Origin: Isurus oxyrinchus
Taxonomy: Eukaryota
Assembly: GCA_026770705.1 (NCBI GenBank)
Contig: JANJGN010000152.1
Location: 496,001-560,000 of the forward strand
DNA length: 64,000 bases
Direction: 5' to 3'
How positions within the stretch are numbered: position 1 is the first letter of the stretch; every line of letters begins with the position of its first letter. This document shows, piece by piece, positions 1 through 12,446 of this stretch. Made by a program: the position numbers and the translations under genes. The notes beneath the pieces were generated by a model. The model made no database searches and was not told the DNA's origin. It was given only the letters and a program-made list of their open reading frames with translations.

Positions 1-2470
1 AAGAAACATCTGTAATTATGGGTGATTTAATCTGCATATAGATTGGGCAAATCAAATACCGTAGAAGAAGAATTCTTGGAGTGTATACAGGATGGCTTTC
101 TGGACCAATGCATTGAGAAACGAACTAGAGAACAGGCTATTCTTGACTGGGTATTGTGTAATGAGAAAGGAATAATTGGCAATCTAGATGTGCTAGGCCC
201 CTTGGCGATGAGCGGCCATAATATGATAGAATTCTTCATCAATATGGAGAGTGACGTAGTTGATTCTGAGACTGGGGCCCTGAACCTTAATACAGGAAAC
301 TACGATGGTGTGAGGCGTGCGTTGGCTATGATGGATTGGGAAACGTTACTTAAAGGGATGACGGTGGTTAAGCAATGGCAAACATTCAAAGAGCGCATGG
401 GTGAACTGAAACAATTGTTATTCCTGCCAGGTGCAAAAGTGAAACAACAAACGTGGCCAAACCATGGCTTATGAGAGAAATTAGAGATAGTATTAGATGC
501 AAGGAAGAGGCATACAAATTGGCCAGGAAAAGAATAAAGCAGACCTGTGCATTGGAAGCAGATTAGAATCCAACAAAGGAGGACCAAGGTATTGATTAAG
601 AAGGAGAAAATAGAGTACCAGAATAAGCTTGCAGGGAACGTAAAACCTGACTGTAAAAGTTTCTATACGTATGTGAAGAGAAAAAGGTTGGTGAAGACAA
701 ATGTAGGTCCCTTACAGTCAGAAACAGGAGAATTTAAAATGGGGAGCAAAGAAATGGCTGACCAAGTAAGTACATACTTTGGTTCAGTCTTCACAAAGAG
801 GACACAAATAACATACTAGAAATGTTGGGAAACACAGGGTTTAGAGAGATGGAGGAACTGAAAGAAATCTGTATTAGTAGGGAAATGGTATTGGGGAAAT
901 TGATGGGATTGAAGGCCGATAAATCCCCAGGGCCTGATAATCTACATCCCAGAGCACTTAAGTAAATGACCCTAGAAATAGTGTATGCATTGGTGGTCAT
1001 CATCCTAGATCCTATACACTCTGGTACAGTTCCTGCAGATTGGAGAGGAGCTAATGTAACCCCACTATTTAAAAAGAGTGGTACAGAGAAAACAGGGAAT
1101 AAAAGGCCAGTCAGCCTGACGTCGCTAGTGGGGAAAATTCTAGAGCCCATTATAAAAGATTTAATAGCTGAGCACTTGGAAAACATTGGCAGAATCGGAC
1201 AGTCAGCACACATTTACGTCAAATCTATTGGAATTCTTCGAGGATGTCACTAGTGGAGTGGATGCATTTTAGTTGGACTTTCAGAAGACTATCGACAAAG
1301 TCCCACAGAAGAGATTAGCATGTAAAATTAAAGCGTATGAGATTGGGGATAGTTTGTTGAGATGGATAGAAAACTGGTTGGCAGACATGAAACAAAGAGG
1401 AGGAATACACGGGACATTTTCCGAATGGCAGGCAGTGACAAGTCGGGTACCTTAGGGATCGGTGCTGCGTCCCCAGCTATTAACAATAGATATTAATGAT
1501 TTAAATTAGGGAACTAAATGTAATACCTCTAAATTTGCAGATGACACAAAGCTGGGTGGGAGGGTGAGTTGTGAGGAGGATGCAGAGAAGCTTCAGTGTG
1601 ATTTGGACAGGCTGAGTGAGTGGGAAAATGCATGGCAGGTGAAGCATAATGTGGATAAATTTGAGGTTATCCATTTGGATGCAAAAACAGGAAGGCAGAT
1701 TATTATCTGAATGGCTATAAATTGAGAGAGGGGAATGTGCAACGAGACCTGGGTGTCGTCGTACACCAATCGCAGAAGGTAAGCATGCAGATGCAGCAGG
1801 CGCAAAAGAAGGCAAATGGTACGTTGACCTTCATAGCAGAGGATTCCAGTACAGGAGCAGGATGTCTTGCTGCAATTGTACAGGGCCTTGGTGAGGCCAC
1901 AACTAGAATATTATGGCCAGGTTTAGGCTCCTTATATGAGGAAGGATGTTCTTGCTATAGAGGGGGTGCAGCGAACATTTATCAGACTGATTCCTGGGCT
2001 GGCAGGACAGACATATGAGGAGTGATTGAATCGGTTATGATTATATTCACTGGGGTTCAGAAGAATGAGAGCAGAATCTCATAGAAGACTAGAAAATTCT
2101 AATAGGGCCATTCAGTGTAGATGCAGGAAGGATGGTCCCGATGGCGGGGGAGTCCAGAACCAGAGGTCACAGTCTGTGGATACGGGGTAGACCATTTAGA
2201 ATTGAGATGAGAAGAAATGTCTTCACCCAGAGAGTGGTGAGCCTGTGGAATTCGCTACCACCAAAAGTATTTGATGCAAAAATATCGCATGATTTCAAGA
2301 AGTAGTTAGATATAGCTCTTGGGGCGAAAGGGATCAAAGGGTATGGGCAGAAAGCGGGAGCAGGCTATTGAGTTGGATGATCAGCCACAATCATGATGAA
2401 TGGCGGAGCAGGCTCGAAGGGCCTATGGCATACGCCTGCTCCTACTTTCTATGTTTCTATGTTTTTATGT
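1..2470 (+). mobile_element. Decayed CR1-clade LINE ORF2 (end of endonuclease, RT, 3' tail)
   Basis: Fragmented ORFs with FLDQCIEKRTREQAILDWVLCNE, KSPGPD, WRGANVTPLFKK, SKFADDTKLGG; ends in (TTTCTATG)n tail near 2447-2470. Confidence 0.93.
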
Positions 2471-2537
2471 TTTCTAAACACGAAATATTTATTTTTTGCG
2501 AGTAAACACAATTGGGACTATGTCCAATAGATTTTTT

Positions 2538-2548
2538 GTGTGTGGGTA

Positions 2549-2598
<50 letters not shown>

Positions 2599-2632
2599 GG
2601 GGGTTGCGGGGAAGGGGTAGGGAGAGAGAGAT
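2538..2632. repeat. (GT)n/(GA)n microsatellite
   Basis: Direct inspection. Confidence 0.9.
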
Positions 2633-3301
2633 AGACAGTGACCAGCAAGAAAACACAGAACCCGCACACATTCTCGAGGCAAGGTATCAGGGGCACAACA
2701 GAAGAGTTCAGGGAGACTGCTTGCAGGACCGCAGGCAGTGCTGATTGTCACAAATTGTGGCAATGATCATAGACAGCTCATTGACACTGGGATTTCGGAT
2801 AGATGCAGGAAGTGATGGGGGCCGATATGCTGGCGAAGACCACTCAAAATTCTCCCCCCTCCTCTCCACCGCCCCCTCCCCCAACTCCACCCCACCCCCC
2901 CACCTTGATCCCGAAAGCCTCGACTGACAGGAGGCTTCAAATAAAGCGCAGGGTCCCAGAGCGGAAATAATACGGCCAATATATCATCTGGAGTGTTGGC
3001 TTTTGGCTGTCACCCAACATTGTTATTTGATTGTTTCATTCATTTTTAATTTTCTCTCTGTTTGCCCATTCCAACATTGATTCGACTCTCTTCTATTCAT
3101 CGATCTATAATTCTAATTGCTTCTCTGACAAGTTTTGTATCCCAGTCAGTGTCAGCATGTATATTTATATCTGAAGCTATGTCAATCATCATGTAAAATC
3201 TATCAATTTGTTTTTCCTGCTCCTTTGTCTCCGGAACGAAGAGTCCTTAAATGGCAAAAACGTGTTCTATCTATTTTATCATATCAACCTGTCTCTTTTT
3301 C

Positions 3302-3683
3302 NNNNNNNNNNNNNNNNNNNNNNNNNNNNNNNNNNNNNNNNNNNNNNNNNNNNNNNNNNNNNNNNNNNNNNNNNNNNNNNNNNNNNNNNNNNNNNNNNNN
3401 NNNNNNNNNNNNNNNNNNNNNNNNNNNNNNNNNNNNNNNNNNNNNNNNNNNNNNNNNNNNNNNNNNNNNNNNNNNNNNNNNNNNNNNNNNNNNNNNNNNN
3501 NNNNNNNNNNNNNNNNNNNNNNNNNNNNNNNNNNNNNNNNNNNNNNNNNNNNNNNNNNNNNNNNNNNNNNNNNNNNNNNNNNNNNNNNNNNNNNNNNNNN
3601 NNNNNNNNNNNNNNNNNNNNNNNNNNNNNNNNNNNNNNNNNNNNNNNNNNNNNNNNNNNNNNNNNNNNNNNNNNNNNNNNNNN
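3302..3683. other. Assembly gap (N run) abutting the RSS tandem array
   Basis: Run of n. Confidence 1.
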
Positions 3684-3873
3684 GCTCTGTTTCACTGTAT
3701 CTGGAATCCCCACTTTGTTCAAGTTTTTATAGAGCTCTCTCTGCGCTTTGTATCTCTGTGTGTCTGTAATCTCACCATGTTTAGCTTTTTGTACAGCTCT
3801 CTCCGTGCTCTGTATCACTGTGTGTCTGTAATCCCACCATGTTCAGGTTTTTGAACTGCTCTCTCCGTGATCT
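3684..3873 (-). repeat. Tandem ~62-bp array of 23-bp-spacer RSSs (cassette 1)
   Basis: Plus-strand nonamer/heptamer pairs agtttttat 3722-3730 / ctctgtg 3754-3760 and gctttttgt 3784-3792 / cactgtg 3816-3822, both with 23-nt spacers; further nonamer ggtttttga 3846-3854; array runs into the gap. Confidence 0.88.
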
Positions 3874-3876
3874 AAC

Positions 3877-3961
3877 CCTGAACATTCACAGCTTCAAGTA
3901 ACGGTGTCACCGACAGCAGATGTTTGTAGAGGTGGGCACTAAGACACCAGGGAACTGGAAT
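3877..3961 (-). pseudogene. Truncated NAR-TCR-supporting TCR-delta V (FR1 only)
   Basis: Acceptor tccag| then SSSLVS*CPPLQTSAVGDTVT*SCECSG, homologous to 58494-58576; the rest is deleted into the RSS array; flanking intron 3964-4460 resembles 58580-59120. Confidence 0.85.
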
Positions 3962-5352
3962 CTGGAGAATTTAAAATAACATTATTTGTTTGTTTAGCCA
4001 TTGTTTACCTGGGAGAATTTGTCAATGACATGAAAGGTTCGTTTTTCTAAACTTGAAGCAAGCCTGTTCCAACCGTATTCACCGTCATTGAAATGTGATT
4101 AAGTGCAGAGATGATAATTTTCTTTTGTATCGAGAATTTTTCCAATCTGCACTGCGTGGTCAGAATGGATGGTGCGAACGCACTCAGTGGGAACTTTCAA
4201 ATGGCTGATGTATCTGTACTGCAGCAGGAAAAATGTACAGCCTCATGAGGAAATACATGCGTTTTGGTAAAAATTAGATTGCACTTTGAAAGTGATAGCA
4301 TCTCCACGATGGGCCGAATGTCATTCTACCTCTCGGCATGGTTCTCTGTTGTATATTACATTTCTGCTTCTATTTTCCTTGGTGAGTGACACCCCGATGG
4401 AACAGTTTCCAAAAAATGATTGTACGGAATAATCAGCATCAGCATCACTGTGCACAGCATGATCGAAATGAAAGTGTTTGTGATTAATCAGCATTGATTG
4501 AAACTTCTCTCTTCCCCGTTCTAATGGCCTACCCCTTATGCTGAAACTTTGGCTCCCAGTTATAGACTTTCCAACCTGAGGAAACTCCTACCTAGAACCT
4601 TCCCTCTCAAGCTCCTTAAGGATATATGTGTTCTCATGAGATCGCCCTCATTGCTGTAAGTTCCAGGAAACACAGGCCCAGTCTACTCAATCCCTTCCCA
4701 TAGGACAATCCCTTTACTTCAGGAATCAGTCTGATGAGCATTTGTTCCAAAGCATTTACAACTTTCCCTAAGTAAGATACCAGACTTTATATAGCATTCA
4801 AAACTGAAGTCCTTCTCTCCATAAACATCGCCCACCACCCTGTGCTCGGATTATACTTTGAACGACCCAGACATCAACCAATCCTTCTCTCCCATTCGAT
4901 GAATTATTTCTTGCTGGTTCTAAATGAATATTCTCTCAGTTTATATTTTTTTCCTTATGTCCCTGTTCTCCTTTATAAGATTAATGCATCATCCTCACTC
5001 TCTCACTGCACTTTGCGTTTTTAATTCACAGTAATCAGGGATACAGATAAATTACAGCAATCCCATCTCTCAAACATCGACATTCAATATAGAGAAGTGT
5101 CTGCAGTTCCAAACTTTCACATTTCGATCTGAGGATGGAAAAGGAGGAAATGATTGGGTATATGAAGACAATTGAAAGAAATGGCGGGTAAATGACCCTG
5201 TTCCTAAATTGAAGCCTGCAATGGAAAAGGTCCCTTAGAAATCGTTTTTTTTTTTGCTTCGATGTGATTGAAACGATGTTGATCACAATAATAAGCTGAC
5301 TGTGAACAATATCCGGCACAGTCTGCAACATGCGGGCTTCAGAGTCACTTAT

Positions 5353-5430
5353 CGGCTGTGACAGTCACCACCATCCTGGATCCATCTACATAATTAGCAC
5401 ACCACTCTCAATCTCCCAGGTACAAGAACC
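5353..5430 (-). pseudogene. NAR-TCR J segment (CANYVDGSRMVVTVTA) with 12-RSS and dead splice donor
   Basis: Coding 5353-5402; heptamer GAGAGTG 5403-5409, 12-nt spacer, nonamer GGTTCTTGT 5422-5430; donor reads ATAAGT instead of GTAAGT; homologous to the J part of 62452-62490. Confidence 0.82.
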
Positions 5431-5738
5431 ATCGACAACTCAACCTGCCAGGAAATCATCATCGGGCAGTAGACACCTCACAATTATACAGCAGGTTTAA
5501 ATGAATAATCAATACTCAATGTTTCAAAGTCTCTATTCTGTTCAAAGTGTTCTTTCTGAGACCCTGAGCTCTGAGTAAATGGTCCCAGGAATGAGATATT
5601 CGCTTCATATAAAGCGGAGAAAATATCAAAGAAAGATTACTGAATGGTGAAAATTAAAATGAAATGTAACCAGATTGCAATGATATTAACATCAACCCGA
5701 CAATTCACTATCCAGGTCCGGAGAATTAATATTTACAA

Positions 5739-5797
5739 AGTATTTGCCCTACTCTCTCCCACTGTGACTGCCCGTGTAACAAGTTAGTATAAAATAC
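5739..5797 (-). pseudogene. Degenerate D segment with 12/12-like RSSs
   Basis: agtatttgc-12-cactgtg (5739-5766), tiny core, then gcccgtg-12-ataaaatac (5770-5797); lies between the NAR-TCR V and J. Confidence 0.5.
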
Positions 5798-5924
5798 CCA
5801 TGGGTACTAGGTGAGATGTGGGGACATTAAACAGCAGGGACTGCAGTTCCCGGTTCCAGCTGTTAGAACAGGATCACATCTGGTGTTAGGGGTTTGTAAC
5901 TGGGATCAGTTATTCCTAATCCCC

Positions 5925-8430
5925 ATTCAGAAATGAGAAAATAAATTACTGAGTTAGAGACGTATGCAATAAGGGTACAACTGTAATCATGGGTGACTTT
6001 AATCTACATATTGATTGGGCAACCAAACTAGCAATAATACTGTGGAGGACGATTCCTGGAGTCTGTACGTGATGGTTGTTTAGGCCAATACGTTGAGGAG
6101 CCAACTGGAGAGCAGGTTATCCGAGACTGGGTATTGTGCAATGAGAAAGGATTAATTAACAACCTTGTTGTGCAGGGTCCCTGGGGGAAGAGCTACAATA
6201 ACATGATAGAATTGTTCATTAAGGTGGAGAGTGAAGGAGTTGAATCCGAAACTAGTGTCCTGGATCTAAATAAAGGGAACTGCAAGGTTATGAGGGGAGA
6301 GTTGGCAATGATGGATTAGGGAACCTTACGAAAAGAGCTGACAATGGATCGGCAATGGTTAATATTTAAGGAACGTATACAACAATTATTCATTCCCGTC
6401 TGGCGCAAACATAGTATGGGAAAGATGGTTCAACCATGGATTACAAAAGAAATTAGGGATAGTATTAGATCCAACGAGTAGACATAAAAAATTTCCAGAA
6501 AAAGCTTCAATCCTGAGAGTTGGAAGCAGTTTAGAATTCAGCAAAACGGGAAAAAAAGACTGATCAAGAAGGGGAAAATGTAGTACGAGAGTAAACTTGC
6601 AGGGAACATAAAAACTGATTGTAAAAGCTTCCATAAATATGCGAAGAGAAAATGATTAGTAAACTAACACTCACAAACGGGGGAAACTATAGTTGGGAAC
6701 AAAGAAATGGCATAAAAATTAAAGAGATATTTTGGTTCTGCCTTCACAAAAGGCAACACAAGTAATTTCCCAGAAATGTTAGGGAACCAGTGAGAGCGAG
6801 GAATTGAAGGAAATTAGCATTAGTGAAAAAAATTGTGCTGGACAAATTAATGGCGTTAAAATCTGAAAAATCCCCAGGGCCTGATAATCCACATCCCAGA
6901 TTTCTAAAGGAGGTGACGCTGGAAATATTGGATGCATAGGTGGTCACCTTCCAAAATTCTATAGACTCTGGAACAGTTCCTACATATTGGGGAGTGGCAA
7001 ATGTAACCCCATTATTTTAAAAAAGGAGGGAGAGCAAAAACAGATAATACAGAGCAGTTAGCCTAACATCAGTTATGGGGAAAATGCTAGAGTCTGTTAT
7101 AAAAGACATGCTAACTGAACACTTGGAAAGCATCAATGGGATTAGACAAAGTCAGCATTGGTTTATGAAAGAGAAATCATGCTTAACTAATCTACTCGAG
7201 TTTTTTGAGGATGTAACTAGTAGAATAGATAAGGGAGAACCACTAAATGTGGTGTATTTGGATTTCAAGAAGGTTTTAATAAGGTCCCACGTAAGAGTCT
7301 AGTGGACAAAAGTAAAGCACATGGGATTGGAGGTAATATACTGGCTTGTATTGAGAATTGGTTGACAGACCAGAAACAGGCAGTGGGAATAATGGGTCTT
7401 TTTTCCAGGTGGCAGGCCGTGACTAGTGGTGTCCCGCAGAGATCAGTGCTTGAGCCCCAGTTATTCACAACATATATAGATAATTTGGATGAGGAAACCA
7501 AATGCAATATTTCCAAGTTTGCTGACGACACAAAACTGGACGGGGCTGTGAGATGTGAGGAGCATGCAAGAGGGATTCAGGGCAATTGAGACAAGTTGTC
7601 TGTGTGTGTCGGCAATCACATGGCAAATGCAGTATAACGTGGATAAATATAAAGTTACGCTTTGGTGTGAAAAACAGAAAGTCAGAGCATTATATAAATG
7701 GTGATAAATTGGGAAATATGGGTGTAGGAAGGAGTTTGGGTGTCGTTGTACACCAGCCAATGAAACTAAACAGGCAAATTAGGAAGGAAAATGGTATGTT
7801 GGCCTTCATTTAAAGTGGATTTGATTTCAGAAGTATGGATGTTTTACTGTAGTTGCAAAGGGCCTTGGTGAGAACACACCTGGAGCATTGCGTGCAGATT
7901 TGGTCTCTCTACGCAAGAAAATATATATTTGCCGTAGAGGGAGAGCAGCGAATGTTCACGAGGCTGATACTGGGCGTAGCAGCACTGTCGTATGAGGAGA
8001 GATTGGTTCAACTGGGCCTGCATTCACTAGAGTTTAGAAGAATGAGAGGGGATCTGATTGAAACACATATAATTCTAACAGCGCTAGACAGACTAGATGC
8101 AGGAAGGATGTTTCCCCTGGTTGGGGAGTCCAGAACCAGGGGCCACCGTTTCAGAATACGTGGAAGGCCATTTAGGACCGAAATGAGGAAAATTCCTTCA
8201 CTCAAAGGGTGGTCAACCTGTAGAATTCTCGACCAAAGAAGGCTATGGAGTCACTGAGTATATTCAAGAAAAAATCGACACATTTTTGGATATTAGTGGC
8301 ATCAAGTGGTATGGACAGAAAGCGGGAATATGGTGTTTAGATCGAGGATCAACCATGATAATATTGAATGGCGGAACAAGATCGAGGCCGAACGGCCTAC
8401 TCCAGCTCCTATTTCTATGTTTCTATGTTC
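5925..8430 (+). mobile_element. Decayed CR1 LINE inserted between NAR-TCR V and D/J
   Basis: RT motifs KSCLTNLLEFFEDVT, GVPQRSVLEPQLF, SKFADDTKL; (TTTCTATG)n tail near 8412-8430. Confidence 0.93.
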
Positions 8431-8649
8431 CTCTGTTTCACCAACACCAACCCCGGGGAAGCCTTCACCATCTACTTGGTAGTTTTAAAACTGAAGATGT
8501 TAACGGCAATGATCCAATCGCACTATAAACTAGACTGGGGACGGGGTGGGGGGGGGGGGGGGGGGGCAGACGGTGTGAGGCGGAACTGTGGGCGTTTAAC
8601 GGCAGATTAACTCCACTTTTTACCTGTTTTTATGATAATCTGCAGTGAG

Positions 8650-8968
8650 AATTTTTGTATCCCGGGAAGCCGAGGCCAGTCGCTGTGTAACGTAGTACTG
8701 AGCTTTACAGTAATAGGTGGTAGTGCCTTCAACTCTCACATCCCAAATTTCCAACGAAAATGTCTTTTTTGTTTTATTCATTATTCATTCAATGTCCCCC
8801 TGCTGGAGATCCGCTCCCGCTCTGCCCCGGTCTGGGTTTGTCTGATGAAAAGCCCCGTTTGGAAAATATCCCAATAACCAGCATGGAAAACACAGGTGAT
8901 GGTGAGAGACTGACACTGCTTCCTGGTCACTGCTGCTGGGGTTTGTGCCACTGGCTGACTGAAATCTC
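8650..8968 (-). pseudogene. Unrearranged NAR-TCR (IgNAR-like) V exon plus RSS
   Basis: DFSQPVAQTPAAVTRKQCQSLTITCVFHAGYWDIFQTGLFIRQTQTGAERERISSRG, then frameshift/stops, then KTFSLEIWDVRVEGTTTYYCKAQYYV; CDR2-deleted VNAR pattern; FR1 Cys; RSS CACAGCG(8687-8681)-22-ACAAAAATT(8658-8650). Confidence 0.9.
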
Positions 8969-9110
8969 CTGGAAATTAAACAGAGATAGTTTCATGGACC
9001 ATCAGAGCCGAATCACAGAACCGGGTCAAACCCCCTGTCTGTAATTGGGATGGACCCGGGCAGCTTTATATGAAATCCACATAATGTCGGTTTGTGTGAT
9101 CGGTACTCAC

Positions 9111-9153
9111 GGGGTAAACAGACACACAGAGTGAAAACAAAGTGGATTCCCAT
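9111..9153 (-). pseudogene. Leader exon of NAR-TCR V (MGIHFVFTLCVCLP)
   Basis: ATG at 9153; phase-1 donor C|GTGAGT. Confidence 0.85.
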
Positions 9154-10549
9154 CGTTCTGCTGCCTGGAGCTGGGGGTTTATATGACTGGGAGTTCTAGA
9201 CTGCAGCCCTGGACTGCACTGGGAGGCGGACCTCAGAGCTGGACTGAAAGATTTTAGGCACGAAAATTAGGCCACGCCTGCCATTTAATTAAATCAAGGG
9301 TTCAAAGGGGACGGAGCTGTTGCACTCAGTCTGTTGCTGCTTCGGAACTCACGACCCCCGAATCCGGCCTCGTAACCCCACTGGGTGTCGCGTGACACGC
9401 AGTTTGGGATGCCCTGCTTAATGTGGGCTAATGCTGATTTGCAGAGGGCAGTGTCCGCGAGATCAGTGGTGGGCCGCACGGATACACGGTCTCTGGTTGT
9501 GTGTTGTGTGAATAACTCTCAGGTTGAATGAGGGAAGCTTACAGCTATCTCTTGCTTCATTGGAGCTGGATGTTAAATCCCCTTCACATTTCTCTGTTGA
9601 ACAGGGCGGTGTGAGATGGGCGTGGTTCTGTCAGTAGGTGCTGCTGCCCTCCTTCCCCCTGTAGTAAGGAGCTGGGAGGTGGTTCCATGTGTATTTACTG
9701 TGTGGTCTTATTTCCACTCATTGCAATACTGCAGGGAATTCATTAACACCCTGAAGGGGTTGACAGGATCTGGGTTAAATGCCTGACCTCAGTCCAGCAG
9801 CTGATGATCAGCTTGCAATATGATACAGCCCATTGACAACATCCAGGAAGATATATACAACATACGCGAAAAACAACACCCCTCTCTCATGTAAACAAAC
9901 GCTTCCCTTCTCTGTTTTGCATTTAAAATGATGTTTCAATTCAGTGAGGATTGATTTCCAGTTCTGTAATATTCAGACTTATCATTAACAGTGACAGAGT
10001 CTGCGAGTAAAGAATCCAAGACATGACAAAGTTCATGGGAAAGGGACTGTGCAATATTACAGGCAGACCTAGACATGTCAATAACGGAAAAAACGGGGAA
10101 TTTCCCGATAGCGTCTGGCCGCACAAAAAAGGCTGACTGTGCGGCACACAAGCAAGGCAGACGGGAAGTCACGCAGAACTAGTCGATATTCGATATTCTT
10201 ATTGACATTCCAGCAAACAGGGCGTCCGCAAGGTCCAAATATTCACCCAAATACGTGACTCTCATCATAGTGCCCGTTGTTTACCATTTTGTGCTAATAT
10301 CCACCAGGTTCGTTATAAATTGGTTACTGTTTTATCTCTGGGCAGAACAACTGCTTATCTCACGTTTTAAATACCCGTTTTCCTGCCGACCGATTTACAG
10401 ATCAGCATGGAACTTATCAGAGAAGTCACAGCTTTAGGCGCCATTTGCGCAGAAACTAAATCGTGAGATTAAACTTGCAATGAAGTTTGAGCCTCTGTTC
10501 GTGTTTCAACAGGTCCGGATTCTAATTGTACTAATCCTGCCCTTGATTG

Positions 10550-11340
10550 TGGCACGAGATTCTGCCTCTCTTAGTGTTTTGCCTGGTCTTGATTATTATT
10601 TTCTGCCATTTGTCGTTGATAGATAGACATCGGTGTGACTCTGATAATATTTGGCTAGACCCTGTTTATTATTTCATTAGTCCCTGTCTCCTCGATTACC
10701 ACATTACTTTCTGCCTGTGGTTATGTTTCTACAGACCGTCACTATTATCTGGCTCCTTGTTTATTACAGTAGGCTCTGTCTCATTTACTGTTTCACCAGG
10801 GCCTGATTATGATTGTTCTAGTCCACGACTTCTTGATTATAAAATGGCCATCTATCCAAGTAATCATTGCACAAGATTCTATCTCTGGCTGTATAACAAT
10901 TGACCCTGTCTCAATTGTTATTGCATTCGATCTTGTCTCTGTTTATATGACAGGAGTCCCTTTCTATGTCTATGTCGATATCTATGCGGTTGTTTCCATT
11001 ACGCTAGACCTTTTTTAAGTTAGTACTACTCCTCTAGACAATGTCATTGTTCATCTTTGTTACAGTTTATATTACAACATATCATATCCCTGTTTATACT
11101 ACACTCAATCCTGCGTCTGCCAACATTAAGCTAGACCATGTCATTATTTAGATTGCACCGGTTATTAAGTTATTACTGCATTGGGTGACGCATATATATC
11201 ACATTGACCCTGTCTCATTTACTGCTGCATTCTTCTAAGCCATGTCCAGTAATGACTTGCCGAGATCACACCATTCATAGTATTATATTAGACCCCCTCT
11301 CGGTTGTCATTGCAGGAGGTCTTGTCTATAATCCTATAAG
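10550..11340. repeat. Degenerate AT-rich ~28-bp minisatellite (gaccctgtctctgtttatattacacta-like)
   Basis: Recurring unit; same family at ~47700-48700 and, inverted, at ~18540-18900. Confidence 0.6.
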
Positions 11341-11354
11341 ACATCAAGTGTAAT

Positions 11355-11910
11355 ATTCCAAAACAAAAATAGCTGGAAAAACTCAGCAGGTCTGACAGCT
11401 TCTGTGGAGAGGAACACAGTTAACGTTTCGAGTCCGTATGACCCTTCATCAGAACTAAAGAAATATAGAAATGTGGCGAGATATAAGCTGGTTGAAGGGG
11501 GTGGGTCTGGTACAGCTGGGTAGAGGCCAGTGATAGGAGGAGGCAAAGAAGAGATTGCCAAAGATGTCATAGACAAAAGGACAAAGGGGTGTTGACGGTG
11601 GTGATATTATCTAAGGGATGTGCTAATGGGGACAATAAGGGTAGAAAGCAGGACAAGTTAGTGGCAGAGGGCCCTAGTGGGGTGGGGTAGGGGGAAGGGA
11701 TCGAAATGAGCTATAAGATGGAGATAAAACTATAGATCGAAATAAATTTAAAAATAGGTGGGAAAAGAAAAATATATTTAAAAAATTATAAATTATTGGA
11801 AAAAGGCGTTCAGAAAGTGAGTGGGGATGGAGGAGAGAGTTCATGATCTGAATTTTTTGAGCTCAATACTAAGTCCAGAATGCTGTAGATTGTCTAGTCG
11901 GAAGATGAAG
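11355..11910. mobile_element. Dispersed shark-type repeat/SINE (gctggaaaaactcagcaggtctg...)
   Basis: The same head sequence recurs at ~22905, 35680, 55080 (reverse), 63045 and 63965. Confidence 0.6.
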
Positions 11911-12446
11911 GTGGAGGTTATTGAAACCCAGACGTTGCCGAATGGGGCCCGATGTAGATCAGCGAGCATAGGGTTAATGGACGGATGGGATTTGGTATGA
12001 ATGTGGGTCACTCTTTCGAGTACAAACCTATTTCCATCTGTTTCAGATGAAGTTACATTGTTTCATGGTTTTGCCATTGTGAGATTTGAACTCTTGAGGT
12101 TACAAATCCAGTACCATAACCACTTGGTTATTTAGGCCAAGCATGAATGTGGGTATCGACAGCTGTCTCTGATGAACTTAAATTGGATAACTAGCCCTGG
12201 GCTGACTCAGTGACGAGAGAGCTGAGATTGTGGTGGGAACGGATTGCAATGCCTTCTGGATTGACACACGTCTAATCCAGAATTGGATGTTTTACAATTA
12301 CCAATGGCTTTTGAAGATTTGTGGTCTAGAGATGGCAAAGGGATGGATTAGGAGGGGATCAGTAACTGATGGATAAGGCAGTAAATGGTGTTTGCGGTTC
12401 ACTCGGTAACATCTCACTCTTTTTATCCCTCACGTTCATCTATCAG

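Noticed and set aside
2745-2850. SSLTLGFRIDAGSDGGRYAGED as an Ig F-strand relic
   Set aside because: No Cys, Trp or RSS support; chance similarity is likely.
3135-3854. Long ORFs in the ORF track
   Set aside because: Artefacts of reading through the N gap.
9936-10200. Ig-like motifs (DSVTVNDKSEYY on minus; VQYYRQT on plus)
   Set aside because: They lie on different strands and there is no coherent framework or RSS.
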